Assembly: GCA_946965045.2 (NCBI GenBank)
Contig: OX337234.1
Span: 1,984,001 to 2,048,000 of the forward strand
Length of the DNA stretch: 64,000 nt
Reading direction: 5' to 3'
DNA from: Epithemia pelagica
Lineage: Eukaryota; Protista; Bacillariophyta
Numbering within the stretch: position 1 is the first letter of the stretch; the number at the start of each line of letters is the position of its first letter. Below the pieces are notes generated by a model. The model was not told the origin of the DNA and did no database searches. It worked only from the letters and a program-made list of their open reading frames with translations. The translations under genes were made by a program, and so were the position numbers. This document shows positions 53,629 through 64,000 of this stretch, in pieces.

Positions 53629-54500
53629 ATGGGAAATCTCTGGTCATCCGAATCTTCCTGGCAGGCCACCTCTCGCAATGTGTTCATTACGGGTGCTTCA
53701 AGTGGCATTGGTGCCGAATTGGCCCGAGCCTTTGCCCGGGAGGGTGCCAAATTGGCCCTCTTGGGTCGCAATGTCGACCGGCTCCAACAGGTTGCCAAGG
53801 ACTGTGTAAGACTGGGAGCGGAAGCCGTCCAGGTGTATTCGGCCGATTTAACAGTGAATGCCGACATTGAACGAGCCACCCGCCAAGCAATTCAAGACTT
53901 TGAAGGATTTGATGTCGTCATTCTCAATGCGGGTCGAAGTCAGGGATGCTATTTTGAAGAAATTCAAGACATTGAACAAATTGACTACATGATGAAACTC
54001 AATGTATCCGGTGTCATGATACCACTCCAAAAACTCCTCCCATCCATTCACAAGTCTCGTCATTCTCGAATTGTATTCATTTCGTCAACGGCTGGCGTCG
54101 TCCCCGTCCCCTATCGGACCGTGTACAGTGCAAGCAAATTTGCCGTATCGGGATTTTGTGACACGTTACGGCTGGATTAAACGATACCTATCACAATGAA
54201 GCCCCGAAACTGACGCTCATTACAGTTCCTGAGGTAAAGGGAACCGCTCTGAATGAAGGACGCATGAATTTTGGATCCGCTCTTCCACCCGTTCAATTTC
54301 GGAACGACACATCGTTGGAGTTAGAACCAACTTGTCGCAACATGATGGAGGCGATTCGGGAAGGAAGACGAGAATGGGGTAAGCCCCTCAAGGTCCGACT
54401 GTTACAGCCATTGATCTCTATTATTCCCGAGCTTATTGAAGGCATGATCATGAAGCACATGCGACGAACGCACTTTCGGCCCAAGGTGTCGTCTGCCTGA
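53629..54500 (+). pseudogene. Short-chain dehydrogenase/reductase (DHRS7-like) with a 1-bp frameshift near 54177-54180 (pseudogene or sequence error)
   Basis: TGASSGIG, NAG and YSASK motifs. Adding one T at CTG GAT TAA ACG gives ...RLDLNDTYHNEAPKLTLITVPEVKGT, which runs into ORF 54264-54500. Confidence 0.8.
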
Positions 54501-55259
54501 TGATGCCGTCGTCAAAAAGAAGGATCTTAGAGTTGACTCTATCGCGAGTTCAGTGGATACTGATTACTGATACAATGTTGTTCTGCGCAAAGTTTCGTGG
54601 CTTGTCTCACGGTCCTAGATACTAGATAGAGATATGACATGATAGGACGGATTACCTATTTCACTTCCTGGGACCGCTCCATGGTCATTGTCACGTGCAC
54701 TGTTTTTTTTTTTTGAACACAGGTTTTTCGTTTGGTTCTTCCGTTCTCGATGCCGCAACGTGAGTAACGGTCCGCCCCCATCCAGCCGTTGGAATTCCAG
54801 TTGGATCCTTGGGTCACAAGTCACAATCCCCACGCCAGAAAATTCGACGTTCGATGACGGCGCGCTTGGATAGCTATTCTTGGAGTTCCACCGCGCGCGC
54901 GGGGGATAATCCATGTGGGTCACCACGAAGCCTATCCATAAGTAATCGGGACGAGGCCGTTGTTGGAGGTCAGATTTTTGGGAAATTCCGTTTGGTGGAT
55001 GGATCTTCGTTCAAACGACTCGACAAAAATCTCTATTCACAACGTGTGTGTCGCACATCTCATTCCCCGGTCCAACATTGGAAAAAGTCTCTCGGAAAAA
55101 GATCAGACTCTCTCGACTCCGAGGAATATTATTGTGAGAAACCCACATACCGGGTTGACCAAGTGTGTTCCAAACAGACCATAGACCTCTGCTAGAAGAA
55201 GAGAGATTGGGTTGTTCACATCACTCGAGAGCATTTGAGAGAGGATAGTCAGTATCACC

Positions 55260-57185
55260 ATGGAGACCGACAAAACAAAGGAAAATGATTTTGACATGCA
55301 AGTGATTGCTCCAATGAAGACGGACAGCATGTCCGAGTCCGAGTCGGAATCCGATTCCTCGGTTGCCAGCAACGATGAGGAAGGATCTCCCACTTTGGAA
55401 CAACAGGAACCTGAAGTCCCTCCGTATTGGGAACCGTCCGCTTCGATGCAAGATCCTGTGGACGAAATGGAGGTGCAAAAGCAAGATCTTCCACAGACTT
55501 CCAACACTAAACCAATCCTTCGTCGCAAATGGATGCTCCTGATGTTAGCTGCTAGTGGTGTCATGCTTCTCCTGGGAGTCCTTGTGGGTGTTATTGTTGC
55601 CACAACGAGTGGTGGTCAAGATGGAAACACGAGTAGTAGTGAAGGAGACTTGAATCCTCCCACTCCTTCGGGCGAACCTTCGGCTCCCGTGGCAGCTCCT
55701 ACTCCGGGACCTGCTCCTACACCCGCTCCCACGTCGGAATTCTACTTCTTTCTCCAACCTCGATTGCCCGATTTTGGATTGTCCCTGCTGGACCAGGGCA
55801 CGTATCAGTACAAGGCCATGCAATGGCTCGAAGAGAACCACAATGCCGAGTCGCACGATGACTCGCGCACCCTTCAACGCTTTGTCTTGGCATGCATCTA
55901 CCATGCGACATATTGGGTGGAAACACAGTTTACTCGCCTCGAGCTGGGAGAAGGTGCGGTCACGCGTGGGTGGCTCCAAGAAGATGGATGGCTGACGGAA
56001 CCTAATGAATGTCTCTGGTATGGAATTCAATGCAACGATCAAGGCCAAGTATCCGAAATTGATTTATCCTACAACTTTTTGACGGGTACCTTCCCCCCCG
56101 AAACACAACTGTTCAAGGATTCCTTGACGGTCTTGGTCCTGACCAAGGCCATAGTGTTCAATGACGGAGATGCTGGAAACGCTTGGTTGGGAGAAATGAC
56201 CAATCTTCGGGAACTCGATTTGGCCGATACAGGATTTTATTATGATGGAATTCATCCAGCCATTGGCAAACTGGTGAATTTGGAAATTTTGGATCTGTCC
56301 TATGCCTTTTATTACGGTCCCTTGCGTGACGAAGTCTTTGCCAACTTGCAAAACTTGGCTTATTTGGATATTGGTGGCAATCGTATCAATTCGACTTTGG
56401 TAGCATCAATTGCTAATTTGAGCAAGCTACGATTCATGTATGCCGACAACTCTTTTTTGACAGGCGATTTGTCTATTTGGACGACTCCCGATCAAACGCC
56501 TGATTTGGAGGAACTGTGGATTGACAATAATGCCGACCTTGGAGGTGGTATTCCCACCGAACTGGGCCAGTATTCCAATTTGGCCTCCCTCTCCTTTACC
56601 AAACTGGGTTTGACGGGAGCAATTCCATCGGAATTGGGCAACTTGTCTAAAATGAAACAAATGTGGTTGTACGGAAACAAGCTCAATGGAGAAATTCCAC
56701 CTCAGTTGGCGAATCTGGCGAACATGGATCGATTGGAGTTGGAAGCCAATGATTTGGTGGGTGCCATGCCGCCAGAAATTTGTAACATTGTTTGGCCTCG
56801 TGGCTTTTTGCAAGTCTTGGAAGCCGATTGTGCCGTTTCCAATCCCGAAGTTGTCTGCGAACTGGGCGCCTGTTGTAGCTGTTGTGGAGAAGAGTGTGTG
56901 AACAATCCGCCACAACCCTTGAACGCCGCCGGTCAAATAACGCCACAGTCGATATCTGCGGGTGGTGGACGATACCTCCGCAAACTGGGGGACCGAGTCG
57001 ATCGAAGCAACACGCTACCGTCGACTCCGGAAGACCGTCAAAAGCGTCGTCATGAAGCGCGATACGAACGGGTGCAGCAACGAAAGGATCCTTCGTACGC
57101 ACAGGCCGCAGCTGAGAAACGAGACCAGAATCTGCGGTTCCACAAGCACCTACAAGAATATCTCTTGACTCAAGATTCACAATAA
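55260..57185 (+). CDS. Type-II membrane LRR receptor-like protein (intronless; same family as 23559-26632)
   Basis: Acidic N-terminus, TM WMLLMLAASGVMLLLGVLVGVIVA, LQRFVLACIY, WLTEPNECLWYGIQC cap, LRRs, and EADC...CCSCC cap. Confidence 0.88.
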   Translation: METDKTKENDFDMQVIAPMKTDSMSESESESDSSVASNDEEGSPTLEQQEPEVPPYWEPSASMQDPVDEMEVQKQDLPQTSNTKPILRRKWMLLMLAASGVMLLLGVLVGVIVATTSGGQDGNTSSSEGDLNPPTPSGEPSAPVAAPTPGPAPTPAPTSEFYFFLQPRLPDFGLSLLDQGTYQYKAMQWLEENHNAESHDDSRTLQRFVLACIYHATYWVETQFTRLELGEGAVTRGWLQEDGWLTEPNECLWYGIQCNDQGQVSEIDLSYNFLTGTFPPETQLFKDSLTVLVLTKAIVFNDGDAGNAWLGEMTNLRELDLADTGFYYDGIHPAIGKLVNLEILDLSYAFYYGPLRDEVFANLQNLAYLDIGGNRINSTLVASIANLSKLRFMYADNSFLTGDLSIWTTPDQTPDLEELWIDNNADLGGGIPTELGQYSNLASLSFTKLGLTGAIPSELGNLSKMKQMWLYGNKLNGEIPPQLANLANMDRLELEANDLVGAMPPEICNIVWPRGFLQVLEADCAVSNPEVVCELGACCSCCGEECVNNPPQPLNAAGQITPQSISAGGGRYLRKLGDRVDRSNTLPSTPEDRQKRRHEARYERVQQRKDPSYAQAAAEKRDQNLRFHKHLQEYLLTQDSQ

Positions 57186-57616
57186 CCTCTTGCGGCATTC
57201 TTGAGTCTTTATATTATTTCTTTCATCTTTGTGCACGTCAAACAACCCTGATTTGTGACTGGATGGGTCCAGCTCCAACGACAGATGAGCGCAAATTATT
57301 TCCATAGAGCACTAAAACATTATTATTTACATACCGTTTTCTCCATTACACTTTCATGCATCATTCTCTAAGGACTAGAAGTTGGACAACCTTCTAGGTT
57401 GATTGGGAGGGGAATACTCCTGAGAGTGCTTCGCTCTAGACATGAGATAGCAAGGGTAGCAGGCTGTGCGCGGATTTTTTGCTTGACGTTGACGTCGCTC
57501 GTATTTTAAACTGCGTCATTCTCGTCATCAAGGGCGAAGAAGCAGAAGAGAAACACTGTTGTGAATCATCGACCTTGTGTATGCTTTGATCTGTTGAAGG
57601 CTTGTTCACTTCAAGG

Positions 57617-58537
57617 ATGGTTCGTGCTGTCACTAGTGTTTTGCTTGCTTTTTTGGTGGTCCAACTTGTTGAAGGTTGGACCTTCCAACCAACGCCTAGT
57701 GCATCCAGCGCGTCAGCTCTATATTCTTCGTCTTCGGCATCGATTGGATATGAAACTACAACCAAGGCCACCCTTTTGCATCTCGGGGCCGTTTTGGATC
57801 GAGGCCAGGCTTACAATCCAACCTCGGGAGAATATTATGCAGAACGGATGGAAGTGGCTCGTGAGAAGATTCGGTCGTTCTTGGAGGCCAATCCAGGAAA
57901 AGTTCCTACCAAGATGGAAGATATTGAGGGAGAATGGGAATTGGTCCTGACAACCGTTCCTCACGGAATTTTCCGTAGCAGTCCCTTCTTTTTGGCCATT
58001 CAAGAGGCTTACGAAGTATATGCGGAAGAAAAAGAGGCCTATGGTATGCCCAAAGCTCAATTGTTTTTCAAATTGCACGAACTTCAAACCATGTCCTGGG
58101 GTGTGAGCAAAGTTGGTAGAGTCGCACAACACATTACCAAAGATTACATTTTCTCCGAGTTTGATACGTCCATTTTCAGCCTGACGGTGATACCCATTCT
58201 TGGATGGTTCAAATTACTCCCTACCTTTGGTGGATGTGTGGTGACTGCGGCCAAAGCCGAACTGGCAGACGAAGGTGTCCTTAAAATGTCGGTTGACTAT
58301 ACAACCGCACGGCCCGTGCCCGGTTTGTCAGGCTTGGGAGAGTGGATATGGAGTATTAAGGTTCCTGTGGGTGCTGTTTGGAAATTGTTGCCATGGAACA
58401 AAGGTCGGGAGCCTTTGTGTCAAGTGTGGAACAGATACTGCGACGAGGATTTTCGAATTGTGGAAGATCGGTCAGGAGACTTGTTTGTCTACACACGGCC
58501 TCTTATGCCACGAGCTCTTGACTTGGCAGAAGATTGA
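57617..58537 (+). CDS. PAP/fibrillin-like plastid lipid-associated protein
   Basis: Signal peptide ending VEG-W; lipocalin-like motifs IEGEWELVLTT and YCDEDFRIVEDRSGDLFVYTR. Confidence 0.7.
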   Translation: MVRAVTSVLLAFLVVQLVEGWTFQPTPSASSASALYSSSSASIGYETTTKATLLHLGAVLDRGQAYNPTSGEYYAERMEVAREKIRSFLEANPGKVPTKMEDIEGEWELVLTTVPHGIFRSSPFFLAIQEAYEVYAEEKEAYGMPKAQLFFKLHELQTMSWGVSKVGRVAQHITKDYIFSEFDTSIFSLTVIPILGWFKLLPTFGGCVVTAAKAELADEGVLKMSVDYTTARPVPGLSGLGEWIWSIKVPVGAVWKLLPWNKGREPLCQVWNRYCDEDFRIVEDRSGDLFVYTRPLMPRALDLAED

Positions 58538-58922
58538 TGATATGACTAGGCATGGTTGGAAAGATAGACGCATACATTCGCAATGCGTGTCCGGTGATTG
58601 GTTCTAATAGTTAAAGAGTAGCTGGTATCTGGAACATGTTGTCTATTGGCATGGGGTAGCACAGTTCTAGAATGATTTGTTGAGTTTCTGCGCATTCTTC
58701 GACAGGACGTTTTTCCTCGGTAAAACCAGGCAAAACAAGGACAGATCCCCAATAGGAAATAGAAACAAGAGAATAATCAGCCAAAGCGAGGAGTTGGTCA
58801 CGTGGTCAGTGCAAGCCAGAACAAGCAGAATTCTCAATTTTGATGGCAGTTTATGTTTCTGAGCAACTCGATGCGATGGGAACGTCACAAAAGCCAAGGA
58901 CACAGAGCATCATGTTTCCCCT

Positions 58923-59478
58923 TTAGATTTCATCAGCGTGTAGGAGCATGTTCGGTATGGACTCCTTTACAGGAAACCGGCGTCCCGTTCCGGGACAGAT
59001 CAGTGCCCCATCAATCAGGTGAACATCAAATAGCACTTTGTGAAGATTAGCCTCCAATTTTTCGTCCGCAACAGCTTCTCCTGTCAACGCTGAAACTTTG
59101 CTGTCATGTTCTTCACCCACTTCTGTTTGGTCGACTGCTGCCAAATCCTCCTGTTTCATCAGATAGAGTGGCAGTTCTTTTGGCAGCTCCGGTAAGCCTC
59201 CGGGAACGTGAGGGGACAACTCTTCCACGGCTTGTAAGATTGCTGAGTAGTTCAGTTTTGGGAGTAACCTCATCAACAAGTCCCGATTCACTTCCGACGG
59301 TGGATCTTCGACCTCGACTCGTTCCGCTTCAATTTTGAGGGGGTATCCATTTTCTGTTCTGAGGGAAAGTTCAGATGGTGAGAATAAATGAAGGAAACTT
59401 CCTCACAATCCATTGAAAGGAAGCATAAGCTTACCCCTTGACGTTTGATTGGAGATAATTGTGTGTGAGTATTCTCAT
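58923..59478 (-). CDS. TRMT112: Multifunctional methyltransferase activator subunit TRM112; exons 59478-59435 and 59358-58923
   Basis: The spliced product MRILTHNYLQSNVKGTENGYPLKI...LHKVLFDVHLIDGALICPGTGRRFPVKESIPNMLL has the hallmark Trm112 termini. Intron 59434-59359 (GTAAGC...CTCAG, 76 bp). Confidence 0.93.
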
Positions 59479-59669
59479 GGTGGGCGAATCCAAGACAGCA
59501 GTGTGAAGATCTCAAGCCTACAAAGCAATGGATGGATGATTCTCGCAATTTTTTCCTTGTCAATCAAAAGTACTGAACATACGGGTTATGAAGAAGGTCT
59601 ACCCCTCGAAGCTACCTAGGTAGCTACTCCTCTGGTTCAATGGTTTTGCATGCCGCAACAAAATGAGCC
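59479..59669. promoter_or_regulatory. Probable bidirectional promoter between TRM112 and N6AMT1
   Basis: 191 bp between divergent ATGs. Contains the perfect 16-bp palindrome AGCTACCTAGGTAGCT (59610-59625). Confidence 0.65.
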
Positions 59670-60485
59670 ATGGCAATGGCGTCCGACGACAGAATGGAGT
59701 GGAAAGAGCTCAACCTTGTGGCGGAAAAACGGGCAACGAATTCCCCAATTGCTCCCATGCCATCACTGTCTCATTTGACCATGAAAGACTATGATCAGGT
59801 CTATGAACCTGCAGAAGACACCTTCTTATTCTTGGATGCACTCCAGTTTGAGTTTAAGCAAGGCTCCCTCTTGCCAGTCGAAAGAGAACCCGAAACACCG
59901 TTTGTCGTGATCGAGATTGGGTGTGGATCTGGAGTTGTGAGCACCTTTTTCCGATCTCAATGGAAGAAATACAACTATTCTTCGAATCGATTGCAGAGTT
60001 ATGTTTCGGATATCAACCAAACCGCTTTGAAGGTGTCACTACAAACGGACAAAGTCAACAACTATACCAATGACAGTGATCCATCGCCGTTTCCACCTGT
60101 GGAAGCGATTCATTGTGATTTAGCATCTGCCTTGTTGCCTCGGTTGCAGAACCAGGTCGATGTCATTCTGTTCAATCCTCCGTATGTGCCGACCGAGGAT
60201 GACGAAGTCGTCACAGAGACGAATGAGGGAGGAATTTCCGCCGCATGGGCCGGAGGGAAAGATGGCCGTAGAGTCATTGATCGTTCCATACCGCAGATTT
60301 CACAACTCTTGCGCCGTCCCACAGGAGTTGCCTATTTGGTGACGGTCGATGAAAATCATCCATCCCAACTAAACTCCTCTCTTCTTGAGCCCCTGGAGCT
60401 CACCATGAAACCACTTTTTCGACGACGGGCAAAAAATGAGTTTTTGTCAATCCAAAAGATCACTTGGAAAGACTCAAAGACATGA
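59670..60485 (+). CDS. N6AMT1: HemK2/MTQ2 eRF1 glutamine methyltransferase (catalytic partner of TRM112)
   Basis: VYEPAEDTFLFLDAL, SAM motif EIGCGSG, NPPY, WAGGKDGRRVID and RRAKNE. Confidence 0.93.
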   Translation: MAMASDDRMEWKELNLVAEKRATNSPIAPMPSLSHLTMKDYDQVYEPAEDTFLFLDALQFEFKQGSLLPVEREPETPFVVIEIGCGSGVVSTFFRSQWKKYNYSSNRLQSYVSDINQTALKVSLQTDKVNNYTNDSDPSPFPPVEAIHCDLASALLPRLQNQVDVILFNPPYVPTEDDEVVTETNEGGISAAWAGGKDGRRVIDRSIPQISQLLRRPTGVAYLVTVDENHPSQLNSSLLEPLELTMKPLFRRRAKNEFLSIQKITWKDSKT

Positions 60486-61029
60486 TCTACAGAACGCCAT
60501 GACGAGAGGAGCCGTTTGATATGAACGTTCATTTTCCATCGTCAAGCGAAAGACGAGCTACGTTCCGTTAACAAACAAAATGCAAATTCAAACAGAGGAC
60601 GGATAAAGGCTGAACACTACTTGCTTATCAGTTAACTACGAACCCCCAAAGATGTTTTAACGATGAAAGATCAACCATTGATGCAAGGTAGCGAGACCGG
60701 TCCCCGAGAACAGAGCGTTTGGCTTCGCCTGGTTGTCCATTGTGTGACATGCATTGTCGTGTCATATTGGGCTTTTCCAACATGAATGAACACCGATCAA
60801 CTGAAGTACATTCATCCTGTTCCGTCTGTTGAAGTTCTCGTAACAGATACTCTTCTTCGTATTCATTGGTGATTGCTTTCCCATACATACTAAGTAGAAC
60901 ATGGTGCCACATATACTGTGTTTGCTCGTCCCTTGCTAGGCCGTCTCCCCGACCCATCGTGGACCTGTGGTTTTCATTATTGTTGTTGTCTTGTCCTGGA
61001 TCACCGCGACGGCACATTGTGGACGACTG

Positions 61030-62676
61030 CTAATTGTTGTTGTTGTTTTGTCCTTGATTGTTATTATTATTATTGTTGTTGTTGTTTCGTTTGTTTCCGG
61101 CATTGTTGCGACCGCGACCACCTCCACCTCGTCGATTGTTGTTGCCACTTCGGGCATTGTTGTTGTTATTATTATTGTTGGAGGGCGATGCCGCGGCTCC
61201 TGGTCCGTCATCGGCACCACCCTCAACTGCCGCAGCAGCAGCAGTATCCCCTCCTCCTTCCCCACTACTGGCGTTTTGTTGTTGTTGTTGTTGCGCGGCT
61301 TGCCATTTTTGCAAGAGTTGGACGGCCGTTTGGACATTGTCGGCATTGGCCCCTGTGACGGTCAAGGTATTGGATTTGCGTTGCTTGCGAATTTGACAAT
61401 CGGTTTTGCGAGCAATGTTGCGCAATTTGGTTTGAGAGGGCAAGGCTGGTAAGGAGACGGAGGCGGTCGTGGTGGTGGTAACCGTGGCGACCGCAGTGTT
61501 GTTGTTGTTGTTGTTGTTGGACGACGACGATGCACTGTTGGCAGCGGCGGCCGTGGTGGACGGGCTGGCTGTGGCATGGGTGGTGTTCAATGTTGTCGTC
61601 GGTTTGGCAGCTGCCAAGACCGAGGTTGGTTGTACGAGGAGGGTCATGATATTGGCCAAACAGGCCAGAACATTGAACAAGTCTCCTTCCAATTGAATCA
61701 AATCCATGCGTGGCATTGTGTTGTGGTTCATCATCATCATGATTGGTGGAGGAATCATGATGCGGACATTGGAATGAGCCGAAAAGGTGGCCAGCGTTTG
61801 GCCGTGTTTCCCGACAATGGTGGAATGTTTTTGACGGGCCACGGGAACATCCAAAATGACTTGATCCATAATCAAGTGTGAATTCTGCATCAAGAGACTA
61901 GTGGCCGACATATTGTGATGATGATGATGATGATGATGATGGCTGGAATGATGATGATGATGATTGTGAACGGCCGATCCACCCGGTGCCTTGGACAACA
62001 ACTCCACCAAGCCTTGGGCGGCATGACAGACCGCGGGAGCATCGGCTCGAATCACGACGGGCGTCCAGGCCGGATCAGACCAGTCCAATGGCGTAAGGGT
62101 ATGATAATCGGTCGCGGCCGCAGTGTTGGATGCTAACGGCGTTGTCGACGACAATGTCGACGAGGGCATGGCATTCAACGTGCCATCGGTGGTTGGTGTC
62201 GCGCCTCCGGTCGTCGTGGTGGTAGTAGTTCCAGAGGCGGCGGCATTGGACGCCATGGATTCGTGTTCCTTGGTGGCGGCGACTACCGAGACTCGCACCG
62301 GCTGATGCGTCGAGGCGACTTGGGCGGCGGACTTTTGCAAGGCTGCTACCGTTTGTCCTCGTCGTCCAATGACGGCTCCCACACTGGCAGTGGCAATGTA
62401 CAACGTCATAGTCATGGTATAGGGTGGCAACAAGACGGATTGATGATGCGTCGCAATGCATTTGACCATGCGTTCCCACGACGGTGCTGCTGCCGTGCTG
62501 CTGCTGCTGGTCGTTGCGGTGGAGGACGAGTGGCCGTCGGCGACGGCAAAGGGACAAATGAGTTTGCGAAGGGAAGCATCGTCCACAAGTTTGACCGGAT
62601 CCGATGGACTCTCGTCTCCAGTACCACCACCCATGCCGCTGGTTGTGGGCGGGGCTTGTACTTCGACCGACGCCAT
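61030..62676 (-). CDS. Multi-KH-domain RNA-binding protein with His tracts and N/G-rich low-complexity tail
   Basis: KH GxxG loops VGAVIGRRGQTV and IVGKHGQTL, plus a third degenerate KH (LRNIARKTDCQI...LTVTG). First ATG is at 62676. Confidence 0.85.
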   Translation of the reverse strand: MASVEVQAPPTTSGMGGGTGDESPSDPVKLVDDASLRKLICPFAVADGHSSSTATTSSSSTAAAPSWERMVKCIATHHQSVLLPPYTMTMTLYIATASVGAVIGRRGQTVAALQKSAAQVASTHQPVRVSVVAATKEHESMASNAAASGTTTTTTTGGATPTTDGTLNAMPSSTLSSTTPLASNTAAATDYHTLTPLDWSDPAWTPVVIRADAPAVCHAAQGLVELLSKAPGGSAVHNHHHHHSSHHHHHHHHHNMSATSLLMQNSHLIMDQVILDVPVARQKHSTIVGKHGQTLATFSAHSNVRIMIPPPIMMMMNHNTMPRMDLIQLEGDLFNVLACLANIMTLLVQPTSVLAAAKPTTTLNTTHATASPSTTAAAANSASSSSNNNNNNNTAVATVTTTTTASVSLPALPSQTKLRNIARKTDCQIRKQRKSNTLTVTGANADNVQTAVQLLQKWQAAQQQQQQNASSGEGGGDTAAAAAVEGGADDGPGAAASPSNNNNNNNNARSGNNNRRGGGGRGRNNAGNKRNNNNNNNNNNQGQNNNNN

Positions 62677-63375
62677 GGCAGTTTGTTGTCCTTGTCTCTG
62701 AAAATCGCTCAACCGCACCAAACCCAACCAAACACTCCCGAGTCCCGAGTCCTTAGTCCCGGATTGGTGCATAAAGCGCGTCCCATCTGCGTCCCTTTAG
62801 TGCGACTTCTCCAGACGCGCAGCACGACTCAAATCGATTCTGATAAAAACTTGACTCGTGTCATTGTCATAGCTCGGGTCAGACTCGTACAATACTTTTT
62901 CTGCACAATAGAAAGAAGACGCCCATTCCGAATTGTACTCTTGGACTACTACTGTTTGTGCGACCAGTTCCAACTCAACGGATCGGTACCGATTCTTGGT
63001 TTCTCCTCCAATTGCGCTCGTGGCGGGAAAAATTGATCCTGTCCAATCCATAGTATGGCCCTCGTGCCGACCGACTCTACAAGAGTTGTCTTTAGGACTG
63101 ACTCTTCTCACAAAATACCCAAGCCCCTTGTTCCTTGTTCTTTTTTGGCCAGAGAGGGGAATTGGACATTGGAATTGGAGCGACGCAGGACGAAACAGGA
63201 ACCACCACAAAAGCCAAACCAAGAAAAGCTGAAAAACCAAACGAACACACGATTGCTACACACAAATCCGAAGATTGCGTAATTTGGTGAAAAAGGTCGC
63301 GGTGCCAACTCGTTCTTCCTATTGTAGTTTCTCGTTGTCGTCGTTGCGTTATCAGTCATATACTACGGGGACACC

Positions 63376-64000
63376 ATGTTTCGATTCCAAGCACCCAATC
63401 GAGGATCGTCCTTCCTTCGAGGAGGCAGCAGTCCAACCAATTCTGGAATTTCCAGAGGAACTCGCATCCTGGGCTTGGCGTTGGCCTTTGTGACGGGCAT
63501 GGCGGTGATGCAAACCATGATGTATGCCTCGCAAGCCGCCTCGCACGGTCGGAAATCCACCACTCTGTCCTTGTACCAACACGAGATTCGACCCGTCTTG
63601 AGGAATCCATCCGATCATCATTACGGCAAGTGTCGATTTTTCATGGCCGAATCTGCCGTGGCGCCCAATTCTGGTTTGGGCATGTTTGTTGGCACGGGTT
63701 TGCTCAAGGGCGACATGGTGGGGTTCCCTGACATTTGTCTCTTTGTGACGGCACCTCCCAATCATTGGACGCATTTGCACAGTCACACGTGGGGTCGTGG
63801 CATGTACTTTGGTCAAGACGAAGGCCGAGGCACGCGGATTGCCTGTGAGGGATATGGCACTGTCTTTAATACCATGCCTCGCAGTCACATTAATGTACGC
63901 ATCCAGTCGGCCATTCAACAGACTCATTCTGGATCGACACGGTCGTTGCCGGGGGCGGGCAGTATCTCGCATCATTTTGGCGTGCATGGTGTGGCCACCG
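63376..64000 (+). CDS. 3'-partial membrane-anchored protein of the diatom SET-like family (not in the ORF track)
   Basis: Manual translation from ATG 63376 is stop-free to the window end: TM RILGLALAFVTGMAVM, then CRFFMAESAVAPNSGLGMF...PDIC...FNTMP...PGAGSISHH. Confidence 0.75.
   Translation, partial: MFRFQAPNRGSSFLRGGSSPTNSGISRGTRILGLALAFVTGMAVMQTMMYASQAASHGRKSTTLSLYQHEIRPVLRNPSDHHYGKCRFFMAESAVAPNSGLGMFVGTGLLKGDMVGFPDICLFVTAPPNHWTHLHSHTWGRGMYFGQDEGRGTRIACEGYGTVFNTMPRSHINVRIQSAIQQTHSGSTRSLPGAGSISHHFGVHGVAT

Noticed and set aside
59670-60485. NPPY methyltransferase read as a DNA N6-adenine MTase or restriction-modification gene
   Set aside because: The flanking motifs and the adjacent TRM112 identify it as HemK2/MTQ2, a protein methyltransferase. 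No nuclease is nearby.
32424-60485. Functional link between the eRF1 methyltransferase pair and the TE's UGA readthrough
   Set aside because: They are about 27 kb apart, and the element is a recent mobile insertion. Co-occurrence in one window is not evidence of a system.

Overview
Gene-dense eukaryotic DNA, most likely from a diatom. This is an inference from short GT-AG introns (mostly 70-100 bp), signal-peptide+Phe plastid-type leaders, diatom-type LRR/SET-like families and a CoDi-like copia element. About 24 host genes or gene parts can be supported: coiled-coil, TPR, bacterial-type PARG, ankyrin, RPAC2, trypsin, two DUF1826, three LRR genes, bZIP, two FG-GAP-like propellers, AAA ATPase, DUF2358, EDR2_C, a frameshifted SDR, fibrillin-like, TRM112, N6AMT1/MTQ2, KH, and a SET-like gene cut by the window end. 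A complete, very young 7.1-kb Ty1/copia LTR retrotransposon (30458-37556) sits after intron position +5 of an RNI-like LRR gene. Main leads: (1) gag and pol are in one frame separated by a single TGA followed by a strong hairpin, a candidate for programmed stop-codon readthrough; (2) TRM112 and its enzymatic partner N6AMT1/MTQ2 lie head-to-head with 191 bp between start codons; (3) the insertion leaves the host splice donor intact and duplicates it; (4) a plastid-targeted hendecad-repeat gene is broken by a TAA that also creates a splice donor. No rRNA, tRNA or CRISPR array is supported.
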